A stretch of 64,000 bases of DNA from Eledone cirrhosa (Eukaryota): NCBI GenBank assembly GCA_964016885.1, contig OZ024741.1, positions 394,258,001 through 394,322,000 on the forward strand, written 5' to 3'. Numbering within the stretch: position 1 is the first letter of the stretch; every line of letters begins with the position of its first letter. The position numbers were made by a program, and so were the translations under genes. Under the pieces are notes generated by a model. That model searched no databases and was not told the DNA's origin. It worked only from the letters and a program-made list of their open reading frames with translations. Positions 1-12,480 of this stretch are shown here, piece after piece.

Positions 1-672
1 TTTTTTATTTAATTTTATAATATTATAATATTATGAGTTGGTAGATCCAATAAGTTCTTTGTTAACTTCGGTGGGAAGAATTTTAGGGATTCCTGGTTAA
101 CTTGGGTTGGAGAACTGTCTCGCATTCGTCTGTCTGTGGCGGTTGTCAAACTGAGATCAGGTTGTGTTGAAATGTGTGACTATATATAAGAGAGATTTGG
201 ATGTGTCTGGGGTGTGGGGTGTGGTGTTAATGAGTGCTGATGTTGATGATGATGAAGGAATTAAAGCATACATACATACACATACACACGTACCCACACA
301 CACATATATATATACACTCAGAAAATGGTGAGGTTGTAAGATAGGGGTGTTTCAGAAAGTGGTTGTAAACAAACTCTCCCGCTGGTTTTATTTCATTAGC
401 TGACCTTTGATGAGTAAATAATGGCATAGCTGAATCAACTCTTCCAAAGCCATAAAGAATATCTTCTACAAATATCTATATCAAAGATGAATTTAGGTGC
501 TTGTCTGGGTTTTAATGAGGTGTAAGATACATGTCTTTTGATAAGAATGGGATGACAGGAAAAAGAGAAAAGAAGGATAGTTTGGGAACATTTGTCAAAG
601 ATGTGATGTTGATATTGGTTTGGGAGATGAAGTGTGGAGGGGGGGAGAATGCTGGCCCACATATTCACTTCC

Positions 673-712
673 CTATGTGTAAATATATCTACATTCCATA
701 TATATTACATAC

Positions 713-743
<31 letters not shown>

Positions 744-948
744 CACATACATACACATACACACCCATATATATATATATACACATATATATATACATAT
801 ATATATACACACATACACATACATATACATACATACATTCACACACATATATACACATACCATATATATACACACATATATATATACATATATACCACGT
901 ATATATACATACACCATACACATATATATATATATATCTTATACACAC

Positions 949-988
<40 letters not shown>

Positions 989-1225
989 ATACATACATAT
1001 ATACATCTCACATACACACATATATTTTTTACATACATACATATATATATATCCCATGCACACACATATATACACACACATATACATACACACATATACA
1101 CATATACATATATACATACATATCCACATATATATATTCCACACATTGTATATACACATACATATACATACACATTGTATATACACACATATATTCCATA
1201 TATACACATTTTATACCTCCTACAT
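673..1225. repeat. Compound (TA)n/(TACA)n/(CA)n microsatellite
   Basis: Alternating purine-pyrimidine low-complexity tract; explains the IYIH-rich ORFs 531-1301. Confidence 0.95.
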
Positions 1226-1560
1226 ATCATCATCATCATCATCATTTTACGTCCACTTTTCCCTGCTTGCAAGGGTGGGAGGGGAACTGATTCTGGCTTG
1301 ATTGCTACAGCTGGATGCCCTTCCTAACACCAACCTCATTTACAGTGAGTGCTGGGTGCTTTTTTGCCGTGGCACCTCCACGACCACTTTGCAATGGAAT
1401 GATATGGACCCCAGTCATCTCATTTCAACAGCTGAGTAAACTGGAGCAATGTGAAATAAAGTGTCTTGCTCAAGGAATCAACACATCACCCGGTCTGAGA
1501 ATTGAACTCACAACCTTTCGATTGCAAGCCCGATGCTCTAACCACTAAGCCATGTGCTTC
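1226..1560 (-). mobile_element. tRNA-derived CORE-SINE with RTE-derived 3' tail, copy 1
   Basis: Reverse complement has A box TGGCTTAGTGG, B-box-like GTTCAATTC, CORE-like CCTTGAGCAAGACACTTTATTTCAC..CTCAGCTG, tail shared with the RTE 3' UTR and an (ATG)n end. Near-identical to 4308 and 8878. Confidence 0.9.
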
Positions 1561-1690
1561 CATATTATAATATTATAAAATTAAATAAAAAAATGTTTAA
1601 CACTACAAGTGAAGTCATTCTTTTCCTTTTTTACAAATATATATATATATGTGTGTGTGTATGTGTGTGTAATTGTATCTATATATGTTT

Positions 1691-3331
1691 ATGAGATGCA
1701 GTTTGGGTTTGTGCCAGGAAAAAGCACCACTGATGCTCTCTTCCTTGTGAGGCAGTTACAGGAAAAGTACCTAGCTAAAAGTAAACTGTTCTACCTGGCA
1801 TTTGTCGATCTGGAAAAAGCCTTAGCCAGAGTGCCCCGTGACATAGTCTGGTGGGCTCTTAGAAAACTAGGAGTAAATGAATGGCTTGTAAAAGCTGTAC
1901 AAGCCATGTTTAGGGGAGCAGTCAGCAAAGTTCGAGTTAACAATGACTATAGCGAGGAATTTGGCATACAGGTCAGTGTCCACCAGTTAGCCCTCTCCTG
2001 TTTATTATAGTATTGCAGGCTATAACAGCGGAGTTTAAGACTGGAGGCCCATGGGAACTTCTATATGCGGATGATCTTACACATATAGCTGAATCTATGG
2101 TGGAACTAAAGAAGAAATTCCAACCATGGAAACAGGGATTAGAAAGAAGGGGTCTCAAAGTCAACCTGATAAAGACTAAGTAAGTCCTAGTAAGTAGACG
2201 AGAAAACAGAACCTAGATCCCCTCAGGGAAATGGCCTTGCTCAGTATATAGAAAAGGTGTAGGTAGGAACTCTATCCTCTGCCCCAAATGCAAACTATGG
2301 GTACACAACAGATGTAGTAGGATCTCAGGAAGTTTAGTTAAGAATGTAGACGTTACATGTAGCAGATGCACCAGGACAGTAAGCAGCAAACAGCCACAGG
2401 AAATAAGCACTACCAAATTCTGGGAGGGCTCTGTAGAAACAGTAGACAGCTTCTGCTACCTAGGTGACCGAATTAGCAGAGGTGGGTGTTCGGAAAGTAC
2501 AATAAATAGGGTAAGAACGGGATGGAAGAAGTTCAGGGAACTACTGCCACTGCTAGCTGCAAAACGCTTCTCCCTCAAAATGAAAGGCAGACTGTATGAC
2601 ACATGCATACGAACAGCGATGTTGCATGGTAGTGAGACCTGGGCGCTGTGTGTAGAAGACTTGCGTAGATTAGAAAGAAATGAAGCCTGCATGCTCCGAT
2701 GGATGTGTAATAGTAATATATCTGAACAGCAACGCATAAATGAACTGAGAGAGAGACTGAGCATAAGAGGAATCAAATGCTGTGTGCAGGAGAGGAGGAT
2801 GCGTTGGTATGGACATGTGATGCGTATGAAGGTTGACAGCTGCATAAAAAGGTGCAGAGCACTAAAAGTCGATGGAAACCGGAGAGTGGGGAGACCCAAG
2901 AAGACCTGGGATGAGGTGATAAAAGCGAACCTTGCCCAATTGCACCTCTCAAAGGCGATGACACAGGACAAAGACCTCTGGCGTTTCGCAGTAATACAGA
3001 AGACCCGACTTCCCACGGGTACAAGCCAAAGCTGAAACATATAGACAATATGCCCCCACCTCTACCACTGCAAAGTGGCCGTGGAGGTGTCACGGCAAAA
3101 AAGCACCCAGACCACACTGTAAAGTGGATGTGTAGGCGCCACGGAAAAAAAGCACCCCACACTCGCTGTAAATGAGGTTGGTGTTAGGAAGGGCATCCAG
3201 CTGTAGAAATAAAGCCAAAATCAGTTCCTGTATGAGCAAGACAAGGTCAGCCGACCGGACACTGCCAACAACAGGACAACCCGTCTAACCCATGCTAGCG
3301 TGGAAGAATCAACGTAAAACGGTGATAATGG
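1691..3331 (+). mobile_element. 5'-truncated RTE-clade LINE (RT C-terminal part + 3' UTR), frameshifted
   Basis: QFGFVPGKSTTDA, LAFVDLEKA, LLYADD, VDSFCYLG, MLHGSETW, RWYGHVMR, GRPKKTW motifs across ORFs 1609-2010 and 2580-3035. Confidence 0.92.
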
Positions 3332-3346
3332 TACATGTATTACATC

Positions 3347-3372
<26 letters not shown>

Positions 3373-3377
<5 letters not shown>

Positions 3378-3478
3378 GGAAAAAAGAAACGAAATTTCAT
3401 TTCCCACTCTTAGTACGGCTGTTACTTAAATATAAGTATGTATACGTACATACACATATGTATACAGACGTACAGTAG

Positions 3479-3544
<66 letters not shown>

Positions 3545-4272
3545 CATGCACACATATATATATGTACGTATGGATTCACCAAATATTTATTATAATGCTC
3601 GGTGTGTTTGTAAACAAACATCCCGTATTAAGCCGTAGTGTCTAGCAACCACCGTTGCTCGTTTGTTCAACACTGACAAAGGAACGTTGTACTAGTTTCA
3701 AGCTTGTTAGCTATCGTCAGCAACGTATACCTTCCTGGCAGATAGTTGAACGTCCGAAAGTATATACTTTCCTTATGCATATTAACGGCTGAGTAGCCCA
3801 ATTTGCATATCGAGTGGGTTAATCGGCCAGGTGCACCGAAAACGATAAACGGAAAAAATGAAACGAAATTTCATTTCCCACTCTTAGTATGGCTGTTACT
3901 TAAATATAAGTATGTATACGTACATACACATATGTATACAGACGTACAGTAGCATGTATATATATATACATACATGCACACACATATATATGTACGCATG
4001 GATTCACCAAACATTTATTATAATGCTCGGTGTGTTTGTAAACAAACATCCCGTATTAAGCCGTAGTGTCTAGCAACCACCGTTCCTTTGTCAGTGTTGA
4101 ACAAACGAGCAAGGGTGGTTGCTAGACACTACGGCTTAATAATAAATGAGCATTATAATAAATGTTTGGTGAATCCATACGTACATATATATATGTGTGC
4201 ATGTATGTATATATATATATACATACTACTGTACGTCTGTATACATATGTGTATGTACGTATACATACTTAT
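3373..4272. mobile_element. Penelope pLTR/retrozyme-like repeat: about 473 bp unit + partial direct copy + inverted copy
   Basis: Start of the 3373-3845 unit repeated from 3846 to about 4084, then reverse-complement copy about 4081-4272. Contains a hammerhead; (TA)n on both sides. Confidence 0.75.
3684..3726 (-). ncRNA. Minimal type-I hammerhead ribozyme
   Basis: Minus strand: ACGTTG-CTGACGA-TAGCT AACA AGCTT-GAAA-CTAG-TA|CAACGT. 6-bp stem I, palindromic stem III, GUA triplet. Confidence 0.85.
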
Positions 4273-4307
4273 ATATATATATATATATAAATACATACAC
4301 ACACATA

Positions 4308-4646
4308 GAGGCACATGGCTTAGTGGTTAGAGCATTGGCCTTGCAATCGAAAGGTTGTGAGTTCAATTCTCAGACCGGGTGATGTGTTGTTACCTTGAGC
4401 AAGACACTTTATTTCACATTGCTCCAGTTTACTCAGCTGTAAAAATGCGATGATAGGGACTGGAGTCCATATCATTCCACTGCAAAGTGGTCGTGCAGGT
4501 GCCACGGCAAAAAAGCACCCAGCACTCACTGTAAATGAGGTTGGTGTTAGGAAGGGCATCCAGCTGTAGAAATCAAGCCAGAATCAGTTCCCGTCCCACC
4601 CTTGCAAGCAGGGAAAAAGCGGACGTAAAATGAAATGATGATGATG
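4308..4646 (+). mobile_element. CORE-SINE with RTE tail, copy 2
   Basis: Full head, CORE and tail with (ATG)n end; flanked by direct repeat ACACACACATA (4297-4307 / 4647-4657), a low-complexity candidate TSD. Confidence 0.92.
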
Positions 4647-4679
4647 ACACACACATATAAATGTTATACATATGCAATA

Positions 4680-4820
4680 GCTTTCCCCACAATTTCCATC
4701 TCACAATTCACTCACTAGAAATTGGTTTGCCCAAAGCTATAATAGAAGACACTGAAGGTATCATATAGTGGGATGGAACCTGAAGCCACATGATTGTGAA
4801 ATAAATTTCTTAACAATACT
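4680..4820 (-). mobile_element. Old degenerate SINE-like fragment
   Basis: Weak tRNA-like head remnant on minus strand (GGTTCCATCCC). Confidence 0.3.
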
Positions 4821-5239
4821 CTTATATCCATATCTATTGTTGGAAAAAATAGGTTTGCTATCATTTCTAACATCACAAGTAGGTCAATGGTTGATATTAA
4901 CACACACAAATTCTCACACAGTGTGTTTCCTAAACAAGTGGAAAACAATAACATTAATTCAAAAGAAATATTCATCAGGTAGATATTGTGTTACTGTGAC
5001 ACATGGCTAATAGTGCACTATCATAGACACCAGAATGTTTGGTATTAAATGGATTTAAGAGAGAGAAAGAGAGTGTGTGCGTGTACATGTATATATTAAT
5101 TTATAAAATAATTTTTTTTAAGAAAAATTCTTTTGGGATTTTGTGAAGAAAATAAATTTGTTGAAAGCACAAGTGAAGCCATTTTTTCTTCCCCCCTATC
5201 TTAATATGTATATATATATATATGTATATATACATATAG

Positions 5240-5750
5240 TGGAATTGCAGTCAGGCTAATGGAAAAGTTAAACTTTGTATGTGGCAGATACACTGAAGAA
5301 GTAACCACTAAGAGGTCATGTGAAATAAATACCCTCATTTGTCAGGGTAGCTCCTTAGAAGTTGGAGTTTTTGTTATCTAAGGAACCTCATTAGCAGTAG
5401 GTGGGATTGCACTGAAAGTGTGATAGCCAGGAAAGTGTGATAGCCAGATCAGAACAGGCTAGAACTTATACATCTACTGACAACTAAGAGCTTCTCTCTC
5501 GGAGTGAAGGGTAGATTGTATGATGCCTGTTTGTGAAGTGCAATACTATATGCTAATGAAATGCGAGCCTTAACTGCTGAAGATTTGTGAAGGCTAGAAA
5601 GAAACAAAGCTAGTATGCTCTGATGAATATATAATGTTAATGTGCATGAACGATATAGCTTAAGGGGCCTGAGATTAAAAAAACTTGGCATTAGAGGAAT
5701 GAACATGTAATGTGTATGGAAGATAGCAGTTGCATAAAGAAATGCAGAGG
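5240..5750 (+). mobile_element. Old degenerate RTE LINE fragment
   Basis: Remnant of KGRLYDAC..AILYANE..LERNKASML homologous to the RTE at 2580; many stops. Confidence 0.75.
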
Positions 5751-6216
5751 AATCTCTGTGGCTTTTTTGTTGTTTTTATCTAAAAAACTTGAAATTTTGA
5801 CACAATGGAACCCCACATTTATACACTCACACACACACACACCACAGAACCACAAAATACCATCTCAATCTTTATTCTGAATAAAAAAGGAACTTTTTAA
5901 TTAAATCAATAGAATTTTCTAGTAAATTAATTGAATCCTGACCTGTTGTACCCTAGTTCCACCATCACCACCCCAACTTCATAAAGAACATATGTCAATA
6001 AGGAGAGATTTTGAGAAAAAAATTCACATGTCTAACTGCCCACAAAATATGAAAACAAGCATTTTAAAATATTTGATAAGATTGACATACCAATCGAAAC
6101 TGGTAATATTTAATAAAACTTACATTCATTTAATGAATAAATATAAAAATATTTATTCTGTTGGATTAAAGAAAAATCTTTAAATACATTCCTGTGCTTT
6201 TCCACTCTTACTTTTA

Positions 6217-6217
<1 letters not shown>

Positions 6218-6267
<50 letters not shown>

Positions 6268-6510
6268 AAACTATATATATATATATATATATACATAAAA
6301 CTATATATATATATATATATATATACATAAAACTATATATATATATATATATATATACATAAAACTATATATATATATATATATATATATACATAAAACT
6401 ATATATATATATATATATACATAAAACTATATATATATATATATATACATAAAACTATATATATATATATATATACATAAAACTATATATACATATATAT
6501 ATACATAAAA
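6218..6510. repeat. Minisatellite [CATAAAAC(TA)n], about 9 units
   Basis: ACATAAAACT recurs about every 30 bp separated by (TA)n. Confidence 0.9.
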
Positions 6511-7611
6511 CACCAGAGAGCCAGTATATACACATAAGATTTCAGGGATATTTGGCTGTGAATTCTATCAAAGCATCAGCACTACCACATTACAAGTGGA
6601 CTGGGTGCTTTTTATCATTGCACAAACACTACCACTTTACAATGCGGGGGTGTTTGTTGTATCCTTGGCCAGGCTGTAGGGAAGAAGATGTGAGGGGGCA
6701 AGTTATAGGGAGGTGTCATCCCTCAGTGGGAGAAGTATGGGGAGAGTAAGTGTTGGGATGTTGGGAAGGGGTCGCTATGAAAAGAATGAGTAATGCCTAG
6801 CAGTACATTTTGAGGAGCAATCATCTTTCTATGCTGGCAAGATTTGGATAAGGAAGGATAATCAATGAATGGGGGGGGGGGGGACTAGTTGGGGGAAATC
6901 AGGCCAGAAGATGTGGGGAAGAGGATAAGGGCTAAAGGTAGGGTCCTAAATATATATATTTATATTCTTTCACTAGTTTTAATCATTGCTGGAAGATCAA
7001 CTTCTAGGGTTTTGTGGATTACATTAGCTACAGAATTTACTTTATTGACATCAGGACAAAAAGCAAAGTGGAGCAGAATGGCAATTGAATTCCAAATATA
7101 AAGGTACACAACCAAATATCACCTGATATTTTATCTGACAATCTACATATTCTGCTATCCACCTACACCTATTAATGTCTTTATTTCTTTTTGTCCTTGG
7201 AAGGGTGAAAAGATAAAGTGAAACATCAACAAGAGCAGGATTTGAAATCAAAAATGGAAGACCACAGAGCTACAATTTCAGTGATTGACTAATTCCAAGT
7301 ACACTACTATCAGTTGTTATCAGAATGCAACGGTTGAGAATGAAACATTGGGGAGAAAATATATATAGTTTTGCGAGGTTTTTGATATGAAATCATGTGT
7401 CGAAACAAATATTGTTATAGTTGGGGAGGGTCATATTTGTGTAATAATATTGCCAGAATTAATAACAGAACACACTCACTGTTTGGTTGGTTTTCGCTTC
7501 TGTGTCTTTTATATCGGTTAATTTAATTTATTTGGTCCTCAATGTTACCATTGACTGACCAACGGTCAAAAATACAGATACAATATAGACACAAACACAT
7601 ATATATAGTCT

Positions 7612-7653
7612 AACAAAGTTCTTTTGTTGCACATCTGCAACATCGTCAGTGGT
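7612..7653 (-). ncRNA. Degenerate hammerhead (same family as 36074)
   Basis: Minus strand: ACCA-CTGACGA-T-GTTGCA GATG TGCAAC-AAAA-GAAC-TT|TGTT; G12 appears mutated to A. Flank 7380-7500 is homologous to 35900-36000. Confidence 0.5.
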
Positions 7654-7859
7654 ACTATTATGTTTCCTCCCGTTGTATTGTATGTTTATGCCATCTTTAT
7701 TTAGTCTGTTTATTTATTTATTTGTTTATTTTTTGTCTTCTCTGCGCATGCGTTTGCATGTGTGTATAGTGTTTTGTTTGATGTGTGTTCGTGTTTGGGT
7801 GACTGTGTATTGGTTATTGTATTCTATCTTAGTTTACTAGTGTGTATTTATATGTGTTT

Positions 7860-8280
7860 GTTTTTATTGTGCTTGTGTATGTATTTATTTATTTATTTAT
7901 TTAGTTATTTATTTTTTGGAATTTTTGGGAATTTTTTTGCATATTTTAAAATATTTTTTAAATATTTTAAAAGTATTTTTTAAAATATTTTTAAAGTATT
8001 TTTTAAAGGTTTTGAATATTTTTAAATATTTTTAAATATTTTAAGTATTTTAGAATAATTTTAAACATTTTAAATAGTTTAAGTATTTTTTAAAAAGGTT
8101 TTTTAGAGTATCTTTTGAGATTCTTAAAAATTTTTTTTTTTATTTTTTCCAGAAGTTTTTTCCAGAATTTTTCCAGAACTCTTAATATTTTTATATTATA
8201 TATATTTTTATATTTTCTAAAATTTTAATATTTTTAATATTTTTTAATATTTCTTAATATTTTTTAATATTTTTTAATAT
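7860..8280. repeat. Extremely AT-rich low-complexity tract
   Basis: Degenerate TTTTTAAAATA / TTTTTAATA repeats. Confidence 0.8.
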
Positions 8281-8877
8281 AACCAATAACTAATTCTGGC
8301 TAAATATATCTTTCAAAGCTTATATCTTCGTCAAAATGGTCTCATACTAACTAATAAATAAACAAAATTGGGATTTTCACTATCTTCCCAATTTAAAATA
8401 TTTAAAATATTAGAAACATATAAATATTCATATTAACTCAGTTAATTTAATTACTTACACTAAATATAAATATAAACCAATATCCCTCATAAATTATTAA
8501 AATAATTATCTATAACAGAATATACCCATATATCCACTCATATATCCATTCCTCTATTCATATATCTATTCTTCTATCTATATTTTTCTCTCTATTTTCT
8601 ACTTATATCTATTCACTCTCAATTTATTTTTCAATATATATTATTATATTTTCAATATATATTCTTATATATATATCTACTTTTTCTATATATTTTTTCT
8701 ATATAAATATTGTCTTTTTACCTATAAAACTTAATTTTATTTTGTATTATATTAGAATTCTAACAACAAAATAATTACTAAATATACGTAACTCTAATAC
8801 AAATTTAAGACTTATTTACGTTATATGAGTTCACCCTCTGTTAAATGTATCTCTTCCCTCTATTTCTCTATATATCT

Positions 8878-9215
8878 GGAGGCACATGGCTTAGTGGTTA
8901 GAGCATTGGCCTTGCAATAGAAAGGTTGTGAGTTCAATTCTCAGACCGGGTGATGTGTTGTTTCCTTGAGCAAGACACTTTATTTCACATTGCTCCAGTT
9001 TACTCAGCTGTAGAAATGAGATGATAGGGACTGCGGTCCCTATCATTCCACTGCAAAGTGGTCATGCAGGTGCCACGGCAAAAAGCACCCAGCATTCACT
9101 GTAAATGAGGTTGGTGTTAGGAAGGGCATCCAGCTGTAGAAATCAAGCCAGAATCAGTTCCCGTCCCACCCTTGCAAGCAGGGAAAAGTGAACGTAAAAT
9201 GATGATGATGATGAT
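8878..9215 (+). mobile_element. CORE-SINE with RTE tail, copy 3
   Basis: Near-identical to 4308-4646; ends in (ATG)n. Confidence 0.92.
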
Positions 9216-9426
9216 CTCATAACAGTAATTTTTCGCTCTCTCTATCTTCTCATCCTCCCCCAGCGTAATTTAAATAAACGGTTGTTTTTTCAATTTTTCA
9301 TAAATTCATTTGCATATCCACACATAACTTTTTTATTACCCCTAATAAGTCTCCACTATCCAGCGAATCTTCGGACCGTTAAGGTGTGATCTTCATGGGT
9401 ATGTCATTATTTATAAAACAATTTTG

Positions 9427-9491
9427 TATTTTATCTGATGAAAGCGCACCAAGATTTGCTTGGTCGCCCTTGAAATATATATAATAAAATA
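9427..9491 (+). ncRNA. Type-I hammerhead ribozyme
   Basis: TATTTTAT-CTGATGA-AAG..ACCAAG ATTTG CTTGGT..CTT-GAAA-TATATA-TA|ATAAAATA. Perfect 8-bp stem I, further extended by TTTATAAAAC/GTTTTATAAA. Confidence 0.8.
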
Positions 9492-9532
9492 AATATGGTT
9501 TTATAAATATAGTTTACATTTATTATTATCTT

Positions 9533-9581
<49 letters not shown>

Positions 9582-9626
9582 CACATAAGAAATGTAGAAT
9601 CAGTGGTGCTACGAATAAGATTTATT

Positions 9627-9723
9627 AGACATATTACAATCGTTTCTCTGGCGACCAGCTCGAGGCACGATCGATGTAATGATCAAACCTGACTCTGAAA
9701 TCACAAGATCCTCAGATTTGTCT
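9627..9723 (-). ncRNA. Type-I hammerhead with long stem II (inverted copy)
   Basis: Reverse complement of 9727-9823 with one stem I mismatch. Confidence 0.75.
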
Positions 9724-9726
9724 CTG

Positions 9727-9823
9727 AGACATATCTGAGGATCTTGTGATTTCAGAGTCAGGTTTGATCATTACATCGATCGTGCCTCGAGCTGGTCGCC
9801 AGAGAAACGATTGTAATATGTCT
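9727..9823 (+). ncRNA. Type-I hammerhead with long stem II
   Basis: AGACATAT-CTGAGGA-TCT[~56 nt]AGA-GAAA-CGATTG-TA|ATATGTCT; perfect 8-bp stem I. Confidence 0.82.
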
Positions 9824-9967
9824 AATAAATCTTATTCGTAGCACCACTGATTCTCCGTTTCTTATGTGATATTATACTCTGCTCTGTAAGATCAATGAGT
9901 GCTCAAATGGCCTACCGCTTACGGATGCTTTAAGCATCCCACACCAATTATATATATATATACATCT

Positions 9968-12020
9968 ATCATCATCATCATCATCATCATCGTTTAACAT
10001 CAATCTTCCATGCTATCATGGGTTAGACAGGTTTGTCCCACTTGAGGCAAGATTGGTAGGGTGAAAATGTATCTCACCTGTATAAAACTGTTTCTGGCTG
10101 GTTTTCTATGGTTGGATGCCCTTCCTAACACCAACCACATTTAGAGTGTGGACTGGGAGCCTTTTTACTCTGTCTTCTACATGATCACTTTACAGTGTGG
10201 ACTGGGTGCTTTTTGTCGTGTCACCTACACGACCACTTTACTGTGTGGACTGGGTGTTCTATGGTACCAACATAACTTTACAGAGAAAGGGTGGTGTGGG
10301 GAGAAGTGGTTTAAGAGGTGCCTACTGCCTGTAGGTTTAAGTTTGTACATAAGGGGAGGCAGGTCTTCTGTATTACTGCATAGTGCCAAAGATCTTGATC
10401 CAGTAACATTGTCTTAGAGAGGTGTAAGTGTGCAAGATCATTTTTTATCACCTTGTCCCAGGTTTTTCTGGGTCTAGCTACTCCATAGCTTCCATTAATT
10501 TTGATCACCCTGCACTTTTTTATACGGCTGTCATCCTTCATATGCATCACATGACCATACCAATGTAATGTCCTCTCAAGTAAACTGCATCTGATCCCTC
10601 TTATTCCTCATTTCTCACTTAGTTCGTTTACGCTTTGCCGTTCATGTATTACACATGCATCGGAGCATGCATGCTTTATTCCTTTCCAATCTGCATAGAT
10701 CCTCTGTACCCAATGCCCAAGTCTCACTGCCATGTAACATTGCTGTTTGCATACAAGCATCATACAATGTGCCTTTCATTTTTAGAGAGAAACCTTTTGT
10801 GGCCAACAGTGGTATAAGCTCTCTGAACTTTTTCCATCCCGTTCTAACTGTGACCACTGTACTTTCAGAACACCCTCCTTCACTGCTGATTTTGTCACCC
10901 AGGTAACAAAAAGTGTCCACTATTTCTATAGAACCATCTGGGCAGTTAAAGGAACTAGTATCCAGTGGGCACTTGCTACTTAAGGCACCTGAGCATCAGC
11001 CACATATAAAATCTACATTCTTGCCTGTGGTCCCACTACATCTTTTATGTACCCATAGCTTACATTTGGGACATAGAATGGAATTTCTATCTACTACTCC
11101 TTTCCTACACACTGAACAAGGCCATTTCCCAGAGGGCACCTGTGCCCTATTTTCCTTTCTACATACTATAACTTTAGTCTTAGACAAGTTAACTTTAAGG
11201 CCTTTTGATTCTAGGCCATGCTTCTATGTTTCGAATTTCTTCTCTAGTTCTGCCATAAATTCAGCGTTGGGAGTTAGATCATCTGCATATGGAAGTTCCC
11301 ATGGGCAGCCGGTCTTAAACTCTTCTGTTTTAACCTGTAGGGCAATAATAAACAGGAGGGGGCTAAGGATGGAGCCTTGATGAACTGTTCCTCTATACAT
11401 GGCTTGTATAGCTCTCACAAGCCACTCATCTACTCCTAGTTTTCTAAGAGCCCACCAGATGATGGATTGGGGGACTCTGTCAAAGGCTTTCTCCAAGTCA
11501 ACAAATGCTAAATAGAGGGGTTTACATTTAGCTAGGTACTTCTGTAGTTGCCATACAAGAAAGATAGCATCCGTGGTACTTTTACCTAGCACAAACCTAA
11601 ACTGCATTTCATCTAGATCAATTCTGTCCCTAATCAGTTGTGCAATAACTCTTTCTGTGACCTTCATGACCTGGTCAACTAACTTAATGCCGCTATAGTT
11701 TTCTCTATTTAGAGCGTCTCCTTTGCCCCCATAGCAGTTAACAATGATGCTGCTACGCCAGTCTTTTGGTATGACCCCATTCTGTATTACTTGGTTTACT
11801 ATCCAGGTGAGCATAGTATGTCCCACCATTCCAGATGCTTTCAGCATTTAAGCAACTGTCTCCGAAGGTCCAGCTGCCTTGCCTGCCTTCATATCTTTGA
11901 TTGCCTTACTAACATGCACAGCTGGTCTCTCTGTATAAATTTGGGGCAGACTATCTTTATCCCATTCATTCTCCTCATTTAGAAGTCTCTCGTAGTGACA
12001 CTTCCAAGCTACCTTCTTAC
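9968..12020 (-). mobile_element. 5'-truncated RTE LINE, copy 2
   Basis: ORFs 11224-11847 (KGDAL, DLEKAFDRV, HQGSILSP, YADD), 10996-11187, 10642-10920, 10311-10550; (ATG)n tail. Confidence 0.92.
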
Positions 12021-12071
12021 ATCACACATTGTCTTGAAATTCTGAACACCTCACGTTTTTATATATATATA

Positions 12072-12480
12072 TCATCATCATCATCATCATTATTATCATC
12101 ATTGTTTAACATCCACTTTCCCTACTAGCAAGGGTTTGATTGGACAGGTCTACACAGACCAAGTCTGTACTGATGGGGGGTTAATGCATCTCACTTATAT
12201 ATGGTCATATGTTCCAGCGAATGTACAGGGGAGGTTTTCATGTTTTGACACAACTGAAGGGTTGTCCCAAACCTTTGTTTGACAAGCATTCTACAGTTGG
12301 ATGCCCTTCCTATCACCAACCACTTTACAGCATGGACTGCATGTATTTATTGTGTAGATGTCCAACACTAGAGAGGATGTCACACTGTACAGCAGTGTGC
12401 CCTTCCTGTTGCCAACCACTTTGCCAAGTGTATTGGGTTGGTCCTTGATACAATAACTGTCTCTACTCTGTTGAGGGTGG
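12072..12480 (-). mobile_element. Degenerate RTE 3'-UTR-like / SINE-tail fragment
   Basis: (CAT)n plus two copies of the GGATGCCCTTCC..CCAACCACTTT motif. Confidence 0.6.

Larger units (their letters stand above)
9578..9872. repeat. Near-perfect palindrome (147-bp arms, centre 9725) of a hammerhead-bearing repeat
   Basis: Arms are reverse complements with about 3 mismatches. Confidence 0.92.

Noticed and set aside
415-670. Coding-like minus-strand segment
   Set aside because: No recognisable motif; too degraded to assign.
531-1301. 256 aa and overlapping ORFs
   Set aside because: Microsatellite plus SINE tail, not a gene.
4308-4380. tRNA gene
   Set aside because: tRNA-like head continues into CORE and tail and is multicopy; it is a SINE. 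The same holds for the heads near 45911 and 52940.
6218-6510. CRISPR-like regularly spaced repeat
   Set aside because: Spacers are just (TA)n, the context is eukaryotic, and there are no cas genes.
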